Part shown: positions 56,700-64,000 of the stretch, one piece after another
Numbering within the stretch: the first letter of the stretch is position 1
Layout: each line of letters starts with the position of its first letter
From: Eledone cirrhosa
Taxonomy: Eukaryota
NCBI GenBank assembly: GCA_964016885.1
Contig: OZ024740.1
Span: 63,984,001-64,048,000 of the forward strand
Direction of reading: 5' to 3'
DNA length: 64,000 nucleotides
Program-made: the position numbers and the translations under genes
Notes under the pieces: model-generated
The model's input: only the letters and a program-made list of their open reading frames with translations
The model's database searches: none
Told to the model about the DNA's origin: nothing

Positions 56700-57370
56700 T
56701 TGGCATACCGTCTGTCCATTTACCGTCCTTTCGCTCCAGCTTCTCTGGCTCGAGCTGGGAAAGGAAGACTGCGGCATCCAGGCCATGCCTTATGATCTCG
56801 TTGAGAGCAGTATGGCGTTGGAGGTGCCCAGCACTATAACGGTATCACAGTGGATGGAGGCCGAAATGATCTACAGTGGATCTGTTGCGACATTTGTGAG
56901 GTTCACAGATTCAGAAGCTGAGACACAGTGAAACGTCAATGGGCAAACAGTCGCTGTCCAGCTGAGTGCCATTTGAGATACTGCGTTTAGCCAGGACCAA
57001 ATGTGAGGTCGGAAATCTGAGCGAAATTGGTCAGACGGTACTGGTCAAGCAGGCGCACCATCCTGTCCGAGGTCATGTTGCATTGGATGGCATCCCATTT
57101 GTGTTTTGGGGACTATACGTCTACAGAGGGGAGAGGGGGATGGTTATCCGCAGGGCGGAGGCGGAGCTGGTTCCGTATTACGTAGGTTACCTCACGTTTG
57201 CCGATTACAGTATGTTTAGTTGCGTTGTGGAGAACTCTGCTGATGAAAATATGGCAAGATGTCACCGACGAAACAAATGCTGGCACCAATTGACCTTTAG
57301 GTGTCTTTAGCGAAATCCGCCCTGTTGTAAACTGGTCTCCAGTTTGAGAACAATTATGAAAAGCATAATG
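56700..57370 (-). mobile_element. Decayed CRE-clade RLE fragment
   Basis: LCEPHKCR, RHTALNEIIRHGL, EPEKLERKDGKWTDG (RH..N..EP..L.R.DGKRPDG-like). Confidence 0.65.
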
Positions 57371-57414
57371 GATGTGGTCTTCTTCTGAATCTAAGTCTAA
57401 AGTCTGTCTTAAGC

Positions 57415-57665
57415 CAGAAGGCTCATTTGGCCGCTGTTTATCCCGGTTTCATGGCGTGTATCGACTGAGAGTACAAGACTTCATTCTGGACAGGTCGCCA
57501 ATTCATCGCAGGATTAAACGCCCAGCTATTGCTGGTACTCATTTTCAGCTGACTATACTGGAGCAACGTGAAATGAAGTGTTTTGCTCAAGAACACAACA
57601 CGCAACCCAGGAATCGAATCCACGACATTATGATCGTAAGTCTATCACCCTAACTCCCTGGCTAC
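57415..57665 (-). mobile_element. SINE family 2, near full length
   Basis: tRNA-like head with GATTCGATTCC, gttcttgagcaaaacactt, and body shared with 27845 and 44829. Confidence 0.75.
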
Positions 57666-60600
57666 GAATAAACCATTGACAAAACACATGTAAATAAACA
57701 ATTCTAGTATTAGCATGAAGCCATACTTTTTGAGGGAATATACACGACTAAAGTTTCCCTTGTATATTACTGGTATTTATATTATGAATACCGGAAGGAT
57801 GAACGGTAAAGTTTACCTCAAATCGACTAAATTTTTCCCTTGTATATTCTTTTCTGAAGAATGAAAGGCAAAGTTTACCAAACTTAGAATTTATATGTAA
57901 ATATCAAAATAGAACTAATTTCTTATTCAATAGTGATTTCTCATTGTGACAGTCTTTTACTGATTGTTCTTCTGTATTTGATTTAAGTTTTCCTAATATG
58001 TAAAGGTTAATAATGTAAGTAAAGTTTTAAAATGTGCAGTCTTTTTAACTTCTTTACTTCTTAAGTTTCTTCCTCAAATTATTAGCTTTTTGTTCCTCAT
58101 TTTATCATTTTTATCAATTTTTTCACATTTTCCTAGGAATATCTTAAAATGTATCTGAAGTGTTTCTATGCCTTCGAAATGAAGTAAGAGTGCGTTGGTG
58201 CCTCATTTGAGTAGGCAATGCAACAGTAGACAATAAACAACACATGAATACTATGCAGAATTCTCTGAAAAATAGATGATTAATGATAGTGGCAATGCAC
58301 ATGCACATCAAACAATACAATGATTAAATTAATGTAAATGTAAATTCTAAAAAATGGTAATATCTAATGATGAATTCGATAATCCGAAATATTATTATTA
58401 CCGGTACATCTATTATTATCGTAAGGTATTTTAAGAAAAGATGAGAGAGAATAGCTCAGTAAAAAATTGGCAACATTCGAAATGAGAATTAAGGTAAAAG
58501 ATGTAGATGTAAAAAGAAAACAACAAACAAAAAAAAAACAGAACAAAACAAAACAAACTACCTATTCTATTATCCTTTTAGTCTGGTTAGTTTCACAGAA
58601 GATGCATGATAAGTAATGCAGAAACGACGTTGTGTGCAGATTACAGACACAGTCTATAAAATGAAGTTGAACCTAGTTTTATAAACAGTTTTGGATTGCT
58701 TTAAAAAAACAACAAAAAAACAAAAATAACAATCAAAATACATTTTGCATCTTTACCTTATTCTGTCCCTTGAAAAGGAAATCAGTGGTTTGCTACTAAT
58801 TTCAAAATAATACCCCCCCCCCCCCCCCCAAAAAAAAAAACAGGAACAGCTATAACAACACAAAGGAAAAGGAATGAGCCGACTGGCGGATCAGGCTGAA
58901 AAAAAACAAAACTGTTTCCTTTGGGATTTCTATTTCTCATAGTATCTGCAGATCGCAAATCCTGGTGGGATTTGAACTCAGAATGCACAACGCCAGAGCA
59001 GGTACCGCAAAGCATCCTGTCCGGTTATAACAATGTCGCCAACCGACAACACTCCTGCGCTGGTACTTTATTTTATCCATGTCAAAAGGATGAGAGATAA
59101 AGTTGACTTCAATGGGGTAGGAACTCTTAACACAGAAAAGTCAGAACTCTAATCCGAGGCCTTTAATCTGATGTTTTAACCAATCTGCCAATTCACAAAT
59201 ACCAATAAGAAAGCAAACAAAGAAATGAAACTAAGTCATATAGAAAATATAAGTATCCATATTATGATTCAATAAAAAACAAACTCATTGAGGCCGGTGG
59301 AGAATAAATAGATTGATATTGGACAGTGTTTACGTTTTGTGACAATGTGTGGCACCAGAAATATCCAAAAATTTGGTTCAGTTACAACATAGTTAATTTT
59401 ATAGCACAACATAACATATGTTTGAACAAGCCAAAAATATAAAAAAATTGCAATAGAAGTAAACAAATATTTAACGAAAATGTTCAAAGATATAACTTGA
59501 TTTCTTTTGTTATTTATTATTGACTTAACCCACATAAGTTATGTTCGGTATCTTCTTTATCTACAACACACTCACACACACACGCACAAATATATATGAT
59601 GTTCCTTACTGACTGATAAGTAAGCCAAATATTTATACAATGTGACCATACCCTCAAACAGATACACATACATACGCACTCAGAAATTAAGATACAGATA
59701 CACATACGCATGCAAATATTCTCTTCGTGTTTATATGCAAAACGTAATATATCAGTTATAGTTTAGGCATCCGTATATCGATTTAGTGCTATACAGATAC
59801 TTGATATATATATTGAATATCCGTAGGATGTGCAAACGAGCATCATTCACATTTCTATATATTCTGGTTGAGTGAGTGTCACTGGTGAAAGATTAACAAA
59901 TCTTGAAACAGCGTTGTCAGGTATTCTCGACAGTACTGACAACTTATATATTCACAGAGCAAAATACAGAAAATATTTTCTTTACTAAAACATATTTTCT
60001 TTTATAGCGAGGCTACCCATATATTTATTGTATAAAAATGCATAGTATGTGTTTAAATATGTTCTCATATTATAATTAAACGACGGTGTCTTAGTGCTGT
60101 TGCCAATTATCTTCTACAGGCAGTTCAGCTTTCAAATCACACAACCGCTTTCTAATCACGTAGTAATGTTTATATATATATATATATATATACATATATA
60201 TCATTCACACACGGTATTGTGTGAATAATATTCTTAAGGTCAACTTTTCCCAACGACAGCCACTTCTAGGACTTGCCACGAATTCAGTTCTCAACCAAAT
60301 TTGATCAGGTTTTTTGCACTAGAATGGACTCATCCCAGGCTACATTTTGGTATAAGGAAATTGAAATTTGGGTCAGTAGAATAAAAAGTTATGCTAAAAT
60401 ATGTGTGGTCAAGTAGTGGGGGATAAGGCCCCTCATTGACTTTGACTCATCATAACTTTTTAAATTTCGAATATAATTTCATGCTACCTCTCTCACTAGA
60501 TACAACTCGATAAGCTGAATCGAAATTTGTCAATATTGAAAAGATTGGTGCCATAGAAATAGAGTTGTGTGACTTTAAGTGACGAAATCAGATGAAGAGT

Positions 60601-60672
60601 AACGCTAAGGGACATAACTCTAGTATAAATCCATCGTAGCTGTACTAAGTAGTTTCCCTTAATTATAGTTAT

Positions 60673-61711
60673 TCACAAAAGGCTTGATGAAATTTTTGGA
60701 GATCCCCCCAAAATGGCATATCCTTTTTGAAAAATGAATCTTCTTTTGTTTGGTGATTTGATGCAATTGCCACCTGTAAACGAAAAACCAGGATTTTCTA
60801 GAATTTCATCATATGATGCCAAAAGAACAGAAATTGGCATTAGTGGGCATTCATTGTGGAAATACTTTAAATATGATGAGCTAACCATTAATGAGACAAA
60901 AAGAAGACAAAGACAACTATGTTGATATTTTGGGAAGAATTAGGATTGGTTCCCCATCAGACTCTGATATTAGCATTCTTCAAAAAAGATGCCTATTTCC
61001 TGATAGAAAAGCATCTGTTGAAGAAATTGCTAAAAAATTGATTGAATTGTATTCTATTCCTGAATTAAAATATTTGTATGCATTTTACCTTTGAATGAAG
61101 TTGTTGATGAGTTGAATAATGAAATGATTAAAAAATGAAACATAAATGCAGTGAAACTTGCTGCAAAAGATTCTGGTATGAGACAAGTAAATGGAAGAAA
61201 AAAGAAAAATGTTGAAAAAGGCAAAAACAAGAAAACTTCTGATACTGCTGGACTAGAAACTTTGCTAAATGTTGGAATTGGAGCAAGAGTAATGTTGTAA
61301 CGAAACATTGATGTAGATCAAGGCTTATGCAATGGTGTTATTGGAACAGTTATTGAATTAATTGGGAATGGAAGCAGTGTTGACAAAATTTTGGTGTCTT
61401 TTGATACCAAAAAGGACAAACCCATTTCCATTGGAAGAGTTCAAGCAGCCTATGAAATTTCTCCTGGTGTTTTTGTCACCCGAACACAATTTCCATTGTC
61501 TCTTGCTTACTCTATAACAATTCACAAATCACAAGGAATTTCTGTGGATAGAATAATTGCTGATTTAGGAAATCAGATATTTTCTGATGGTCAAGCTTAT
61601 GTGGCTCTTTCAAGAGCCAGAAAACATTGCAATGTGTATCTCTGTGACTTTGATCCAAGATCATTGATCATGGTTGACAAATCTGCATGGGAAGAGTACA
61701 ACAAACTATGA
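60673..61711 (+). pseudogene. PIF1-family (SF1B) helicase, motifs III-VI, with stops and frameshifts
   Basis: FGDLMQLPPV, ELTIN.RQ, GARVML*RNIDVDQGLCNG, RTQFPLSLAYSITIHKSQG, GQAYVALSR. Confidence 0.9.
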
Positions 61712-61859
61712 GCTAGTACTGGAAGAGCAGATTTGCCTCCATTGTCACCTTGCAGGAAAAAGCCTCCTTGCATGGCAAATGCTTCTAGCATGCCCAACTT
61801 AAAAGACTTAATTTAGAAGGAAATTCAAACCAACCTGCCAACAAGAAGAAAAGAAATGA

Positions 61860-62791
61860 AAACAGCCAAACTTTAATCCCTAAACATCAATTGATCAACC
61901 AAAGAAATGCTTGTTTTGCAAATTCAGTTGTGCAATCACTGAATCAATTGCCTGAATGTGTAGAGTATTTGGATAATTTTAACAACATGAATGGAGTACA
62001 TCAAGAATTAAGCAATATCATTTTTAATAATCATAATAATGTCCCTAACTTAAGAAGAATAATTGGAGGAAGATTTCATGATGGAAATCAGCAATGTGCT
62101 CATGAATTTTGGAAAGAACTCTCTCTACATTTGGACTTGGTATTTAGAGAAAAACTTCAATTTATTCAAACTGATCATACTAGATGCATCCGATTGCATC
62201 AAACAAATTGCCAAGCTTTAAATAACAACGTTTGCAATTGTAATTCAAGACTTCCATTTCAAATAAAAGAGGATTTGATATTAAATCCTATTAATGGCAC
62301 ACAGCAATTTAAATCTCTACTTTCAACAACAAATACTTTGACTAAATACTGTGATACTTGTTCTGAAAATACTGAGCATCAAATAACTTCAAGAATTGAA
62401 TTTACTAACGATTTCAAATATCTTGTCATATCAATTAGTAGATTTTTGATTAATAATGAAGGAGAACAAAGAATTAATTGTGATATTATGAACTTTAGCT
62501 AAAAGAAGCAGCAAATATATGGCACAAATTTCACATTAACAGCTGCTATTCTTCATGAAGGAGTATTATCTACGGCAGGCCATTATACTTGTCTGGTAAA
62601 AAGTGGTGCTGAAAATTGGGATGAAATTAGTGACAACATTATCAAAAGATGGCACAATAAATGTCCTCCTAAGTTAGCTAATGTCGTTGTATTATTTATG
62701 TTTCCATAAATAATTGTTTCTACTTTAGGCACAAGGGTAATTGCTGGCCTTGTGCCTAAAGTAGAAACAATTATTTATGGAAACAATTTAG
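61860..62791 (+). pseudogene. Ubiquitin-specific protease-like (peptidase C19) domain; one internal stop, hairpin insertion near the end
   Basis: Cys box LINQRNACFANSVVQSL, QQCAHEF, C..C zinc ribbon. After the in-frame TAA at 62500: AILHEG..AGHYTCLVK..W.EISD (His/Asp boxes). Confidence 0.82.
62699..62785. repeat. Perfect 38-bp-arm hairpin made of a SINE family 1 tail plus inverted target DNA
   Basis: 62699-62736 is the reverse complement of 62748-62785; 11-nt loop. Confidence 0.92.
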
Positions 62792-62799
62792 ATTTTTGA

Positions 62800-62970
62800 A
62801 TTTGGACTATTGATCTTGGACTACCAACTTATAATTAAGACTACTGTTAATTCTGGACTACTTCATTTTGTTTTGGACTAGTTGCTGATGATTATTTTTG
62901 ACTAAATGCTGATTCTGGACTACTTAATTTTATTTTTGACTACTTAATTTTATTTATTTTTGACTCAGTT
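62800..62970. repeat. Degenerate ~15-23-bp minisatellite (TGGACTA core)
   Basis: Recurring t(g/t)gacta motif. Confidence 0.7.
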
Positions 62971-64000
62971 ATTTTAATTGCTTGTTTTTCTAGCATCTTT
63001 AATAACTTCACTTGTTAAGTTAAACTCTAAATTGACCATTAGAGTATAGTCAATTATAGCTTTGTCTCTATGGGCACACCTGAAGGCGTGTAGTAAGGGT
63101 GTTCAGAAAAGGCAAATGTCTCTATTGATTATATTCTACAGCATACCTTTTCAATTTTAATATTTTGGATTTTATAGAATAATTGAAATGAAAAATTTAT
63201 TTTTATTGATGAAAAAAGGAGTGTAAATGCCTTAGCAAATGGTCAAGGTCATTTAAATAAAATAATTTCCTGCAATGCCTTAAAAAAAGGGGGACTAGAC
63301 CAAAAAATGCGGGCGCATGTGTATTAATATTCTTAAATAATAATAAACCTGGAAAAGTACAGGACAAGTAGAATTAACTCTTGAAATATTGAAGCTGGAA
63401 TTTGAATTTGATGAATTAAATGTACAATAATAAGCCTATGGCATCACACTTAATCACAAGGAGGTAAAGGTTGTTAAGATGGCATGGAACAGGACATTTC
63501 GGTGCAGGCATTTCTGTGCCAGAGTTTCAGCACTGGCATGTGGAATGGTCATTCCTAGCTCTTTCATGGATAGATTTCGAATAACACAAGAATGACCTAA
63601 AGACAACCAAGATAATTTTTTACTTTAATTATTAATTAAATAATTAGAAACGATCTAGAAATCACCTTTATTCATTAGGAATGGCCTAGTTAATCTGTGG
63701 TGCTAATCTCTAAAAGATAGTCTCTGCTTTCCTCATAAGAAAGGAACAGTAATCCAGATTATCAATCAGAATGATATCGCACTTGATCACTAACTTTTCT
63801 TTTTGAAATACAGTTGACTATCTCTAATTGTCACTCAAAGGAACTGTAAAAATGACTGACAATTAGGGAGAGTCAACTGTAATTCGATCTTGACAAATTT
63901 TGGCTTAATTTTTTAAAAATGAAATTAGATTAATAATTTTAATATGATGACAATTTATGCAAAATTTAGCTCATTACTTTTTACTATTAATTTCAATTAA

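Larger units (their letters stand above)
60240..63340 (+). mobile_element. Internally deleted Helitron/Helentron-type element (boundaries approximate)
   Basis: Intronless PIF1 helicase C-terminal half plus cysteine-protease domain, downstream degenerate minisatellite; no Rep domain seen. Confidence 0.7.

Noticed and set aside
61891-62502. Host USP gene exon
   Set aside because: It is intronless, has an internal stop, is highly diverged and is contiguous with a decayed Helitron-type helicase, so it is treated as transposon cargo.
62800-62970. CRISPR-like repeat-spacer pattern
   Set aside because: Repeats are short, degenerate and irregular in a eukaryotic context with no cas genes; this is a minisatellite.
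60214-63340. Direct repeat taatattcttaa at ~60228 and ~63326 as a TSD of the Helitron
   Set aside because: It is short and AT-rich, Helitrons do not normally make TSDs, and chance cannot be excluded.

Overview
This is a gene-free, repeat-saturated, AT-rich animal window. The tRNA-derived SINEs and dense (TA)n/(CA)n/(AAT)n tracts suggest a cephalopod (Octopus-like) genome, which is an inference. I found no convincing host gene. Retroelements: two head-to-tail Tx1/L1-clade LINEs in (AAT)n, a third, internally deleted Tx1 relative in (TATC)n, R4/Dong-clade RT+RLE elements, CRE and RTE fragments, and a Neptune-type Penelope-like element (RT + GIY-YIG) with a 1.24-kb inverted 3' copy. DNA elements: a decayed mariner and a Helitron-type PIF1 helicase followed by a USP (peptidase C19) domain. 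The most striking unannotated signal is a set of type I hammerhead ribozymes. They lie in (a) a ~422-nt terminally redundant, non-coding unit that looks like a circular-RNA-derived non-LTR retrozyme, and (b) several unrelated short fold-back (palindromic) elements next to (TA)n, most with a hammerhead or hammerhead remnant on one or both arms; one derives directly from the Neptune terminal repeat. All calls are from manual motif reading; no searches or folding programs were run.
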